From NCBI GenBank assembly GCA_017407115.1, contig JAFQXD010000016.1, positions 30,088-94,087 on the forward strand: 64,000 bases of DNA, written 5' to 3'. Below are positions 7,930-17,727 of this stretch, piece after piece; within the stretch, counting starts at the first letter, position 1, and every line of letters starts with the position of its first letter. Origin of the DNA: Methanobrevibacter sp. GTDB lineage: Archaea > Methanobacteriota > Methanobacteria > Methanobacteriales > Methanobacteriaceae. Below the pieces are notes generated by a model. It had not been told where the DNA came from. It saw only the letters and a list, made by a program, of their open reading frames with translations, and did no database searches. The position numbers and the translations under genes are program-made.

Positions 7930-10416
7930 ATGGCAGATAATGAATTAAACATTAAAATCAACACAGAAGCTGATAAAACAAATGTTGAAGATTTATCGTC
8001 TGCTATTGATAAACTAAAAGAAAATTCTGAAGAAGCATCACAAATTGCAACTTCAGCAATGGAAGATATAACGGATGCTGCTGAAGGTGTTTCTGTAGGA
8101 ATGGAAGATGCAAGTGAAAGTACCGAAGAATTAAATAGCTCTGTTGGAAGTCTTGACAGTTCCAATGTTGATGATGTAACTTCAAGTGTTGAAGAAGAAG
8201 CAAGTGCAACTGAAGATGCATCTGATTCTACTGAAGCTTTAAAGGTTACTATTGACAGTATTGATGCAACTGCAATTGCAGATTTAATTGAACAAATGGG
8301 AAATTATAAAACTTCAACTGATGATGCAAATGACAGTACAATGTCTTTAGTTGACGCTATGACAAGTGGTGCTGTTTCAGCCGGTATTACTGCAACTATA
8401 ATGACTTCAGCTTCAGCGGCTGGAAATTATCAAGACACAATGGTGCGTCTTGGTTATGCTTTAACAGGAACCAGTATGAGTTCTGAGCAAGCTGAACAAA
8501 GATTTGGCAGTATGATTTCAACAATGACTGAAGCAACTGGTAGAGGTGCCGGTTCAGCAAGAGCACATTTAATTAATATGGGTAATGTTGGAATTACAAC
8601 TGAAAAAACTTTAACTGAGAGTTTTAATGGTATTTCCAAAGCTTCTTTTCAAATGGGAAAACCTTTTGATACTTTAGAATCTTCTTTTCAGAAAATGACT
8701 TTGTCTGGTATGGCAAATAACAGGATGTTAGCAAACTTTGGTTTAAGTGCTGATGATTTGGCTAAAGCTATGGGTGTTTCTGCTGATGAAGTTAGTGATG
8801 CTTTTAAACAAATGGATGAAGATGGAAGAGCAATGGCTTTGTCAAATGCTCTTAATATGAAATATGGTGAAGATGTTAATGAAAATTATAAAAACAGTTT
8901 TGAACATTTAACCGAAGAGTTAGACAGGGCAAAGGATTATTTTATACGTGTTGCTGGTGAAGCATTACTTCCAACTTTAATCCCTGCAATTCAAACTGCT
9001 GCTGATACAGTCAACTTTTTTGCAAATACTTTTAGAAGTCTTCCAGGACCAATACAAAGTGTTATCGGTGGTGCTTTTGGTTTAGTTGGAGGATTGACTG
9101 CTGTTGGTTTGGGGGTTAATGCTGTTACAAAATTTGTTGGAAGTGCAATTTCACCATTTAGTAGTTTATGGAAATATTTCACCAATGTTCCAGATGGTCA
9201 GAATTTAACCAAATTTAGAAGTCATATTAATTCATTAAAAAATTCAGCTCAAACAGCTAAAGGGTATATGATTAGTTTTAAAAACACTTTAGTTGGTGTT
9301 GGACGTAGTGCTAAAGAAGCTGGTGTTTGGTTGTTAAATGCTGGTAAAAATGCACTGATAGCGGGTTATAATGCACTTAAATCTGCGGCCATGTGGGTTG
9401 TCGAAAAAGCTCAAAAATTAGCAAGTGCTGTAGCATCTAATGTTGCGGCGGCTGCTCAATGGTTACTAAATATTGCTATGAGTGCAAATCCGATCATGTT
9501 AGTTGTAATTGCAATTGTAGCTTTAATTGCTGTTTTAGGTTATCTTTACTTTAATAATGAACAGGTACGTAATGCTGTTAACAGTTTAGGTCAAGCATTC
9601 ATAAGTGTTGGTCAAATAATCTATACAAGTATTGTTAATGCTGTTGATTGGGTTATAGGTGCTTTGCAAAACTTATGGAATTATATTTTCACTTTAGGTG
9701 GTCTGCTCCCTGCAAATGTTAGTTTAACAGGTAATCAAATTATTGATACTGTATTAAGAGTTTTGATTTTTGTTGCAACACTACCAACTCAATTAGGAAT
9801 TATTTTTATCAATACCATTGCTAAAGTTTTAGGTTTTGGAAATAATTTTGTTCAAAGGATGTATTCTTCTGCTGTTAATTCTGTTTCTCGTTTTATGAGT
9901 CAAATTAGTCAATTACCTGGTAGATTGCAAAGTGAATTAAATAACATGCTGTCTGCTGTTGGAAGGTGGGCGGCCACATTACCTCAAAAATTTTGGGATG
10001 CTGGTGTAAATGCTGTTAAAAATTTCTTGAATGCATTAGGTATTCATTCTCCTGGTTTTATGCAAGTTAAGTTAATTAAAGAGATGGAGGATACTGGTGC
10101 AAGAATTCCAGATGCTAGTGAAGATTTAATTAAAAACGTAGGAATTGTTGGTGATGATGTAATTAAATCATTTGGTAATCCTAGCTTAAATGTTGGATTT
10201 AATGAATTAAAAGACCTTGAAAATAATAGTTTGGATTTTGTTAATAATGGCTTATTTGATGTTCTATCTGTCAGCAAAGACAATGAAACAGGTACAATTG
10301 TAAACCTCACATTAAATGTTGGTACTGTTGATAAAAAAGAGAGAGTTGATGAAATCATTGATGCTGTTCGTGAATACTTCTTATGGGATAATACAACAGC
10401 AGGGAGGACAGTATGA
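7930..10416 (+). CDS. Tail tape measure protein
   Basis: It is 828 aa, with an acidic N-terminus and central Ala/Gly-rich hydrophobic segments. It holds the canonical position after the chaperone. Confidence 0.8.
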   Translation: MADNELNIKINTEADKTNVEDLSSAIDKLKENSEEASQIATSAMEDITDAAEGVSVGMEDASESTEELNSSVGSLDSSNVDDVTSSVEEEASATEDASDSTEALKVTIDSIDATAIADLIEQMGNYKTSTDDANDSTMSLVDAMTSGAVSAGITATIMTSASAAGNYQDTMVRLGYALTGTSMSSEQAEQRFGSMISTMTEATGRGAGSARAHLINMGNVGITTEKTLTESFNGISKASFQMGKPFDTLESSFQKMTLSGMANNRMLANFGLSADDLAKAMGVSADEVSDAFKQMDEDGRAMALSNALNMKYGEDVNENYKNSFEHLTEELDRAKDYFIRVAGEALLPTLIPAIQTAADTVNFFANTFRSLPGPIQSVIGGAFGLVGGLTAVGLGVNAVTKFVGSAISPFSSLWKYFTNVPDGQNLTKFRSHINSLKNSAQTAKGYMISFKNTLVGVGRSAKEAGVWLLNAGKNALIAGYNALKSAAMWVVEKAQKLASAVASNVAAAAQWLLNIAMSANPIMLVVIAIVALIAVLGYLYFNNEQVRNAVNSLGQAFISVGQIIYTSIVNAVDWVIGALQNLWNYIFTLGGLLPANVSLTGNQIIDTVLRVLIFVATLPTQLGIIFINTIAKVLGFGNNFVQRMYSSAVNSVSRFMSQISQLPGRLQSELNNMLSAVGRWAATLPQKFWDAGVNAVKNFLNALGIHSPGFMQVKLIKEMEDTGARIPDASEDLIKNVGIVGDDVIKSFGNPSLNVGFNELKDLENNSLDFVNNGLFDVLSVSKDNETGTIVNLTLNVGTVDKKERVDEIIDAVREYFLWDNTTAGRTV

Positions 10417-11228
10417 GTTTTTTTAGTGTTATCGATGCTAGAGCAATTGGTTCTGGTGCTAAACCTATTAATTTAAAAGTTATTCAAGGGAATGGTGTTG
10501 AAGTTACACCAGATCTTGAGATTACTGTTAATAAATTGAATGCAGGTAACAAATCTTTTTTAAATAACGGTTATGGTGGAATAACATTTAAAATTGATGT
10601 AATAATCCATAAAGATGAAATGATAGTAAATAGCACTTTAGTTATCTCTAATAAGTGGAGCTATGGTTCAGGTAAAGTTATTGATTATTTACATGATTGG
10701 ATGACAACTTTAACCCCCGTTTATGTAGTTACAGATGCTATCGATATTCCAAATGGTAAATATATCATCACTAAAAATAGCAGTAGAAAACAATCTTACC
10801 GTAATTATACTGTCTGGACATTGGAATTTACTGAATTTAAAGGTATTAACATCACCCAATACAAAAATGACAATTCCTATGTTAATAAAGCTAAGAGTAA
10901 TTATGCAAAAGCTAAGGCAAAAGCTCGTAAACAAGCTCAAGCCAAGAAGAACAAAAAAGCAAAAGCAAACAATACTAACAAAAATAAGCTGAAAAAATGC
11001 AAATTAGCTAATCTGAAATATGGTTTAAAAAAGAGTACTTGTGTAAAATACATGCAAGCAGTGTTGTATAAGAAAGGTTACTTGACTAAAAAGCAGATTG
11101 ACGGTTGGTTTGGTCCTGTAACAAAAAACGCACTTAAAAAGTTCCAAAAAAAGTATCAGAAAAAATATAAACTAAAAATCAATGGTAAAGTCGATAATGC
11201 AACTTTAAAAGCATTAATTAATGTTTAA
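10413..11228 (+). CDS. Tail/baseplate protein with a C-terminal PG_binding_1 cell-wall-binding domain (XkdP position)
   Basis: The C-terminus (CVKYMQAVLYKKGYLTKKQIDGWFGPVTKNALKKFQKKYQKKYKLKINGKVDNATLKALI) fits the PG_binding_1 pattern. A Lys/Ala-rich linker precedes it. The start overlaps the TMP stop as ATGA. Confidence 0.7.
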   Translation: MSFFSVIDARAIGSGAKPINLKVIQGNGVEVTPDLEITVNKLNAGNKSFLNNGYGGITFKIDVIIHKDEMIVNSTLVISNKWSYGSGKVIDYLHDWMTTLTPVYVVTDAIDIPNGKYIITKNSSRKQSYRNYTVWTLEFTEFKGINITQYKNDNSYVNKAKSNYAKAKAKARKQAQAKKNKKAKANNTNKNKLKKCKLANLKYGLKKSTCVKYMQAVLYKKGYLTKKQIDGWFGPVTKNALKKFQKKYQKKYKLKINGKVDNATLKALINV

Positions 11229-11242
11229 TAAGGTGGTGGGCA

Positions 11243-13636
11243 ATGGCTGTTAGTAAAATTGTAGAAAAAATACATTATGATGTTAATCTTGTCCAAAACC
11301 AATCTTTTGTTTATGTTGGTAGATTACTCAATGCAAATTCAATGACTCTCAGTAAAGATTTTTGGAAGAACAATTTAAAGATTTATTGGTCAAAATATCA
11401 GATTAAAGAAACTGATATGAGGCAAAAAACAGCTTCTTTCACCAGCCCACATTACTTTGACCTAACTACTGGTTTATATGCTGTTTTAATAACATCACCT
11501 TATCATGAGGATTTTGGAGGCATCATATTATCTGTAGATTATGATAAATCAACTGGATTATATGATTATCAATGCCAAGACTTCAGTAGAAAGTACCAAA
11601 GCAAATTTAACTTAATTACAGTGAATAATACTAATTATGATTTATTAAGATTATTTTTAACTCAATTTGGCGCTAGTAATGGTAAAGGTAGAGTTTCAGC
11701 TAGTAAATTAAGTAAATACAATTATGTTCTCACAGGTTTAAGACCAAAACTTTATTATGATCAAGGAATTTGGGAAAACGGAATTAAGTTTAATCCAATG
11801 ACCAATGTTCAACAAATGGTCTTCCGGGATGTTTCATATATCGAAGCAATCCGTGATATAGTATTTAGTACAGGAGCCTATATTGATGTATATTTCAATA
11901 AATATGGCGTACTTCAAATAGAACCGTTTAGCAAACAAGATTGGTTAAGAAATGGTATTTATTTAACAACACCTGAATTAGCTAGTAGAAAATTCAAATT
12001 TGACACTACTAACATTATTACAGGAGTTATTGTTAATTCTGAAGACCGTTTAAGTTCCGGCAGATATTATTCAAGTACTAAACTTGTTCGATTAGATTTG
12101 GCTGCATTTTTCGGTGATTTAACAACTACTATTGATAATCCAAACAAAACAACTACATCTACAACCTCATCTTCTAAGACAGTTTCTACAAAAAAGTCAA
12201 CTAAAACAAATAAAAAAGAGGGAACTGGAATTACAGTATTCATGAATATTGATAATATTCATTCTAAAACAAAAGACAAAAAATTAATGAATGATATAGC
12301 AGGTTATCTTAAAAAAAGAGGTTATAAAGTTGAAATAGGTGGGGTTGGTCCTGGATATCATTATTCTCAAATAAATCGTGTGAAAAAGAACGGAATTTAC
12401 ATGTGTATCTATGGGGGAGCATGTGCTGGAACATTAAAAGAACATTGGTCCTCTAATCATTACAAAAGTGTTCTTAAAAAGAAAAATGCTAAAATGGTTG
12501 TTGCATTCTTATCACCACCTAGTACAAATATTCACAATTTAAAATGGCTGCCTCGTGCTCATGATGATAATTTCTCACCTAGAAGCTTTAAAGGTGTCAG
12601 TAATCCTGAACAACAACTATTAAATGCTGGAATTGGTGTTGTCATTGGTAAGAATGCAAAAGAAATTGCTACTAAATTCCCTAATTTCAAATCTTCTGCT
12701 AAAAAAACAACTTCAACTAAAAAAACAACAACAAAATCAACTACTCCAATTAACACTAATACTGCTAATTACATTAATAATGAAATGGCAAGTGCTACTA
12801 ATCGTTTAACTGAAAGTATCCGTGATTTATTATCCTTTAAACTAACATTACCATTAGGAAATCCATTACTCAAAAGATTACATACTAACATGTTTTTATA
12901 TACTGAATTACCTAATGATTTTGTCTTAGCAAATTTTTCTACACTTGCAGAAGTGTTAAACTCAACCTATAATCGTTATGTTGGTTATTCATTGAATAGG
13001 TGGTATGTTGAGGGTGTAACAATAACTAATGATGGTTCAAAGTTTGATGCAGAAATAGAGCTTAATCCGTTCCCTAGTAGCATTAAAAAATATCGTGAAA
13101 GTAGAATGAAATTGGAAGATGATTATAAATCAGCTTTACAATCCAATACTAGCAAAACTACAACCACAACTAAAAAATCAACTAAATCAACAAAAAATAG
13201 CACTTTAAAAGGTGGGGAAGGAAAAACAATTGATAATTTAGTTAAAAAGATTATTGGCTCAGAAACAAATGAATTGAAAAAAGCAAAGTTAATTCATGAA
13301 TGGTTGAGAAAAAATGTCAGATATGCTTACTATGAATGTACTAAGTACAATACACCTGAAAAATGTTATAAAAATAGAAGACATTTGAATTGTGCAGATA
13401 CAGCAAGATTAACTGCTAGTATGATGAGAAGTGCTGGATTAAAATGTTATATTGTTCACAGGACTTATAATGGTGGTCACTTCTGGACTATTATTGAAAT
13501 TAAAGGTAAAAAATATGCTAGTGATCAAACTGGTAATGGTTCAGCATTTAATACTGTTTGGGCAAGGTCAGGTAGAGTTAAAGTTTCTAACGGTGGTGCT
13601 TATTCAAGGAAAAATGGTAAAGTTCCTGATTGTTAA
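11243..13636 (+). CDS. Tail hub / baseplate central protein (XkdQ position) with a C-terminal transglutaminase-like cysteine peptidase domain
   Basis: It is 797 aa with three modules separated by Thr/Ser/Lys linkers. The C-terminus (LNCADTARLTASMMRSAGLKCYIVHRTYNGGHFWTIIEIKGKKYASDQT) gives a C717/H746/D761 spacing typical of transglutaminase-core folds. Confidence 0.65.
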   Translation: MAVSKIVEKIHYDVNLVQNQSFVYVGRLLNANSMTLSKDFWKNNLKIYWSKYQIKETDMRQKTASFTSPHYFDLTTGLYAVLITSPYHEDFGGIILSVDYDKSTGLYDYQCQDFSRKYQSKFNLITVNNTNYDLLRLFLTQFGASNGKGRVSASKLSKYNYVLTGLRPKLYYDQGIWENGIKFNPMTNVQQMVFRDVSYIEAIRDIVFSTGAYIDVYFNKYGVLQIEPFSKQDWLRNGIYLTTPELASRKFKFDTTNIITGVIVNSEDRLSSGRYYSSTKLVRLDLAAFFGDLTTTIDNPNKTTTSTTSSSKTVSTKKSTKTNKKEGTGITVFMNIDNIHSKTKDKKLMNDIAGYLKKRGYKVEIGGVGPGYHYSQINRVKKNGIYMCIYGGACAGTLKEHWSSNHYKSVLKKKNAKMVVAFLSPPSTNIHNLKWLPRAHDDNFSPRSFKGVSNPEQQLLNAGIGVVIGKNAKEIATKFPNFKSSAKKTTSTKKTTTKSTTPINTNTANYINNEMASATNRLTESIRDLLSFKLTLPLGNPLLKRLHTNMFLYTELPNDFVLANFSTLAEVLNSTYNRYVGYSLNRWYVEGVTITNDGSKFDAEIELNPFPSSIKKYRESRMKLEDDYKSALQSNTSKTTTTTKKSTKSTKNSTLKGGEGKTIDNLVKKIIGSETNELKKAKLIHEWLRKNVRYAYYECTKYNTPEKCYKNRRHLNCADTARLTASMMRSAGLKCYIVHRTYNGGHFWTIIEIKGKKYASDQTGNGSAFNTVWARSGRVKVSNGGAYSRKNGKVPDC

Positions 13637-13656
13637 TTTAAGGAGGTAAATCAGTT

Positions 13657-14058
13657 ATGGAAGAAATAGTTGAATTAGGAACAGATTTAAATTGCAATTG
13701 GGAATTTAAAGATGGAGATTTACAATTAGTTGAAAATAAAGACAATCTCATACAATCCATTTTAAACAGGTTAAATTGCAATTATGATGGCTTAGATTTG
13801 TTCTATTATGAATATGGCAGTGTAATATCAAGTTTTCTTGGTTGGAAACATGATGATGAAACATTAGAGTTCATACGATTAGAAGTTGAAAGTACATTAG
13901 AACAAGAACCAAGATTAGACAATTTTAATGTTGAAGTGTCCTATAATAAAGTTGGTAAAGTTTTAATTGAATTATATTTCTTATTTAATGATGAAAGTGA
14001 TTTTACATTAAGTTTAGTGTTAGAAAAAGGTGGTGAGATAGTTGCCAGTGGAGAATGA
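13657..14058 (+). CDS. Baseplate wedge protein, gp25/W-like (XkdS-like)
   Basis: AAGGAGG lies upstream. The protein is 133 aa, and ...LEFIRLEVESTLEQEPRLDNFNVEVSY... resembles the GPW/gp25 motif. It lies directly before baseplate J. Confidence 0.55.
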   Translation: MEEIVELGTDLNCNWEFKDGDLQLVENKDNLIQSILNRLNCNYDGLDLFYYEYGSVISSFLGWKHDDETLEFIRLEVESTLEQEPRLDNFNVEVSYNKVGKVLIELYFLFNDESDFTLSLVLEKGGEIVASGE

Positions 14059-15211
14059 AAGTTTTTACAATCTAATTGGAGATGAAATTTCTCGTGAAAG
14101 CATTGTAGAAAAAATGATAGATTACTATAATGAAAAGTTAGAGCTTGGTGAAACTCGTGTAACTGATTTTAATGAAGGTTCAGAAATAAGAAACCTCTTA
14201 GAATCAATTGCTGTTGATTTATATGATTTAATGGAAGATAATTATGAAGCCACAAAAATTGCTTTTATATCAACCGCATATGGAGAATGGTTAGATTTAC
14301 ACGGAGAAAACCCATTAATCAATACTCCACGAGATACAGGTTCAGAAGCTGTTGGACTAGTAACTTTTACTATTCCAGTTGTTAGGGCAATGGATATTAT
14401 AATCCCAGAAGAAACAATACTTGTTTGTGAAGAGAATGATCTAGAATATGTTACTGACTCAGAAGCTGTTATCGTACCTGGAGAAACAAGTGTTGAAGTT
14501 TATTGTACTTGCTTAACTGTTGGAGAAGATGGAAATTGTAGTGCAAACACTATAACAATGATTGATGATGATAATATTGATAGTACAGTTGAAGTAACCA
14601 ATCCTGAAGCTTTTAGTGAAGGTAGTGATTATGAAGAAGATGATGATTACCGTGAAAGGCTTTTAAATGCTATCCGTATTGATAATTTTGGTAGTATTGG
14701 TTATTATCAAGAATTAGGTAATAATGTTGAAGGAGTTCATGATGTGTTATTAGTTGATGATGAAACATATACTCGTAAAATTATTGTTAATGGAGATGCG
14801 AAACCTGTTACAGAAGAAGTTTTAGTGAATGTTTTAAAAGAGTTCACTAGACCAGAAAATATAGTTTTAGGCCATAATTTTATAGTTGACTCTCCAGATT
14901 ATCTTGTTTTAAATTTACAATTGGATTTAATAGTAGAATATGAGTTTGAAGAGGATTTAATTATAAATAGGTTGCATTCATTCTTTGATGGTGGTATAAC
15001 AAGTGATGGTTATGATTTTAGCGGTTGTTTCATTGGCGAAACTTTAAATGAAACTTATCTATATTCCTGTTTGGAAAGTTTAGATGGGATTATAAGAGCT
15101 TCTGCTAGTATAAGTGGTAACCAATCAAATTTGAGTTCGCTCACTGTTAATAGTAATGAAGTAATTAAACTCGGTGATGTATTAATTAACCAAACATTAA
15201 TTGATGAATAA
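14042..15211 (+). CDS. Baseplate J-like protein
   Basis: It is 389 aa with a TTG start. Size, position and the ...YEEDDDYRERLL... region are typical of the baseplate J / XkdT family. Confidence 0.65.
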   Translation: MPVENESFYNLIGDEISRESIVEKMIDYYNEKLELGETRVTDFNEGSEIRNLLESIAVDLYDLMEDNYEATKIAFISTAYGEWLDLHGENPLINTPRDTGSEAVGLVTFTIPVVRAMDIIIPEETILVCEENDLEYVTDSEAVIVPGETSVEVYCTCLTVGEDGNCSANTITMIDDDNIDSTVEVTNPEAFSEGSDYEEDDDYRERLLNAIRIDNFGSIGYYQELGNNVEGVHDVLLVDDETYTRKIIVNGDAKPVTEEVLVNVLKEFTRPENIVLGHNFIVDSPDYLVLNLQLDLIVEYEFEEDLIINRLHSFFDGGITSDGYDFSGCFIGETLNETYLYSCLESLDGIIRASASISGNQSNLSSLTVNSNEVIKLGDVLINQTLIDE

Positions 15212-15689
15212 TGGGGGGATTAATTTGTCTGAATATGGAGAAGAAATTTTAGATAGATTACCTGAAAATTCAAGTTTAAAATCACCTAATAATCCTGCTC
15301 GTAAAGTTATTATGAATACTCTTGGAGTATGGCTAGATAATTTCGAGGATAATTTTGAAAATTTGTTCTTAAATGAAGCAGTAGGGAATTATATTGATTG
15401 TCACGGAAAAGAATATGCAGTTTACCGCAAACTTGATGAAAGCGATGAAGATTATAAAAAAAGAATTATTTATCAAATTTTAGGTCATTTAACTGTTGAT
15501 TATTTGATTAATATTTATAAAGTCGATTTATATGTTAATATACCAAATTATAGTCCAGGTTACAATCAACTAACCAGCGATAATTATTATATCAATGAAG
15601 AGAACGGTTTTATGGCTTCTGCTGATGATATAACAAAAGCTATTTTAAATAAGAAGTTTGTTTTGGGAAGTGGTATTAGATGGCTTTAA
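15204..15689 (+). CDS. Baseplate/tail-fibre attachment protein (XkdU-like position)
   Basis: It is about 160 aa, follows baseplate J, and overlaps that gene's stop. Confidence 0.4.
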   Translation: MNNGGINLSEYGEEILDRLPENSSLKSPNNPARKVIMNTLGVWLDNFEDNFENLFLNEAVGNYIDCHGKEYAVYRKLDESDEDYKKRIIYQILGHLTVDYLINIYKVDLYVNIPNYSPGYNQLTSDNYYINEENGFMASADDITKAILNKKFVLGSGIRWL

Positions 15690-15883
15690 GTCCGTATTTC
15701 ACTGATGATGAGTTAATTAGTCAGTTGAGATTGCAATTTGATTACGATGAAATGTGGGATGTGGATTTTACAACTATATTTCAATCTATTGAAGATATTG
15801 GAGATTTTTTCTGTTTAAATTTCAGAAATCGATGTTTCAATATTGATAAAATAACCGGAATTGTTATTGAGGTGGAACCATGA
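15680..15883 (+). CDS. Small hypothetical tail protein
   Basis: It is 67 aa and translationally coupled at both ends (ATGA overlap with the next gene). Confidence 0.35.
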   Translation: MALSPYFTDDELISQLRLQFDYDEMWDVDFTTIFQSIEDIGDFFCLNFRNRCFNIDKITGIVIEVEP

Positions 15884-17727
15884 GTTTTTTAACTGTAGAA
15901 GATGTTAATTCAACTTTAATAAAATATCGTGATGTTAACATATTCCATATGATAGATACAAGTAATATTAGTCTAGATGAATTTGAAAATATTAAATATG
16001 ATTTCTGTAATATAAATCATAGTATTGACGGTAATAATCACATATTTGAGTTTACAATTGTCAATAGCAATTGGACCGGCGCTTATTATTTTTTAGATGA
16101 AAATAACAATTATCTAAATGTTAATGCTTCATTAGACAATAACGTTTTAACATTAACAACAACTCATGAAAGTGTTAAATTAATTTTATATTGTTGTAGT
16201 CTTGCAGATTCATTTAATTTTGTTCGTTTAACCTGGAGACCAATTTCATTGAGAAGTCTTGTAACATCACCTTTTGAGAGAATAAGTGAAGAAATCCCTG
16301 TTATAAGTTTAAATGGTGCTAGTTTAAATGGAGAATATTATACGATTTGTTCTCATCTTGATTCTGTACAAACTATATCTGAGATAGATGAATATTTTGG
16401 TTTAAATGATGATGAGAGGAATACAATATTGCAATTTGCTAGTCCAAATTCTAACATGAATACTGTTGAATATAATAACAATATTTTTTATTATGATGTT
16501 TTTATACAAAAATCTGTTCCTGAAATTGAGATTAATGATGATTTAACAGTAGGTAAAATTAATCGTGTTGAATTAATTGTGCCTGAGGAGTTTACAAAAA
16601 CAAATAGGTATATTCCAAATAATAAGTTTCCTTATTTGAAGGGTTATGTTTATTATGGTGATGAAACAATTCCTTTGAAATTCGATAGTACTAATAAGAA
16701 ATATTATTTTGAATTAGATTTAAGGGAAAAAACTGATAATAGTCGTGTTAAATTAGAATTAGAAATTTTAGAAACAGATTATATTCAAAATAATGTTTAT
16801 AATTTTAATATTCGTTCTAAATATCTTTCTATTGGTAATGTTTCAGATTTAATTAGAGAAATGGGTGTGAACGGTAGTAAAATCATTGAATTATCAAATG
16901 ATTTTAATTTAGTCAATGATATTACAGTCGCGCATGATATGGTGATTTATGGAAAAGGCCATTCTTTAAATTTAAATGAGCATTCTTTTATTTTAAATGA
17001 TGGATTAACATTAAAAATCAATAATTTATCTTTTAATAATGGAGATAATGCAATAATTCAAAATGAAAATTCTAAATTAGAATTAACAGATTGTGCATTC
17101 TATAATTGTAAATCTAACAATTATAATAATACTGGTTCTTGTATTTTCTGTGATGTAAACCTGGAAAGTTTGTCTGTTGATGATGATTTCACAACTAATT
17201 TATCTAATTGTACTTTTATAAACAATCATTCAGCAATTTTACATGGGGGTCAATTAACCATAGATAATTGCAAGTTTAGAAATACTGATTTAGATGTAGT
17301 TGATATGAACAATCCAGCATTCCTTTATCAAGTAGATGGTGATGCGACAATTACTAACAGTATTTTTGACATCGATTATTCTGATAATGATTTGTGTGCT
17401 AATACTGAAAATATTGGTTTTGCACAAGCTTTATTTATGTGCGGTCAATCAGCTACAATTAATAAAGTAACTCATGCCATTTTACAATCCGATGACAGTT
17501 TACCATTCTTTGAATCACCATATAACAATAAAAGCCATTTATTTGCTAAATATTATTATCCTCAAATTGAAACTTGTGTTTTTGCAAGTCCTGTTCTTAA
17601 TTATGAAGATAAGTCATTTTGTCATGCAGTTAGTGGTGTAGATTGGGTTTTCAAGAATAATATTCAAATTACTCGTGCAGATTGGCAAACAGAGAATAAT
17701 ATTAATAAAATAAATTGGGAGGAATGA
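15880..17727 (+). CDS. Tail fibre/spike protein with right-handed beta-helix repeats (adhesin-like or depolymerase-like)
   Basis: The C-terminal half carries repeated N/C-rich units (LSFNNGDNAIIQNENSKLELTDCAFYNCKSNN...LSNCTFINNHSAILHGGQLTIDNCKFRNT) typical of parallel beta-helix (PbH1) repeats. Confidence 0.5.
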   Translation: MSFLTVEDVNSTLIKYRDVNIFHMIDTSNISLDEFENIKYDFCNINHSIDGNNHIFEFTIVNSNWTGAYYFLDENNNYLNVNASLDNNVLTLTTTHESVKLILYCCSLADSFNFVRLTWRPISLRSLVTSPFERISEEIPVISLNGASLNGEYYTICSHLDSVQTISEIDEYFGLNDDERNTILQFASPNSNMNTVEYNNNIFYYDVFIQKSVPEIEINDDLTVGKINRVELIVPEEFTKTNRYIPNNKFPYLKGYVYYGDETIPLKFDSTNKKYYFELDLREKTDNSRVKLELEILETDYIQNNVYNFNIRSKYLSIGNVSDLIREMGVNGSKIIELSNDFNLVNDITVAHDMVIYGKGHSLNLNEHSFILNDGLTLKINNLSFNNGDNAIIQNENSKLELTDCAFYNCKSNNYNNTGSCIFCDVNLESLSVDDDFTTNLSNCTFINNHSAILHGGQLTIDNCKFRNTDLDVVDMNNPAFLYQVDGDATITNSIFDIDYSDNDLCANTENIGFAQALFMCGQSATINKVTHAILQSDDSLPFFESPYNNKSHLFAKYYYPQIETCVFASPVLNYEDKSFCHAVSGVDWVFKNNIQITRADWQTENNINKINWEE

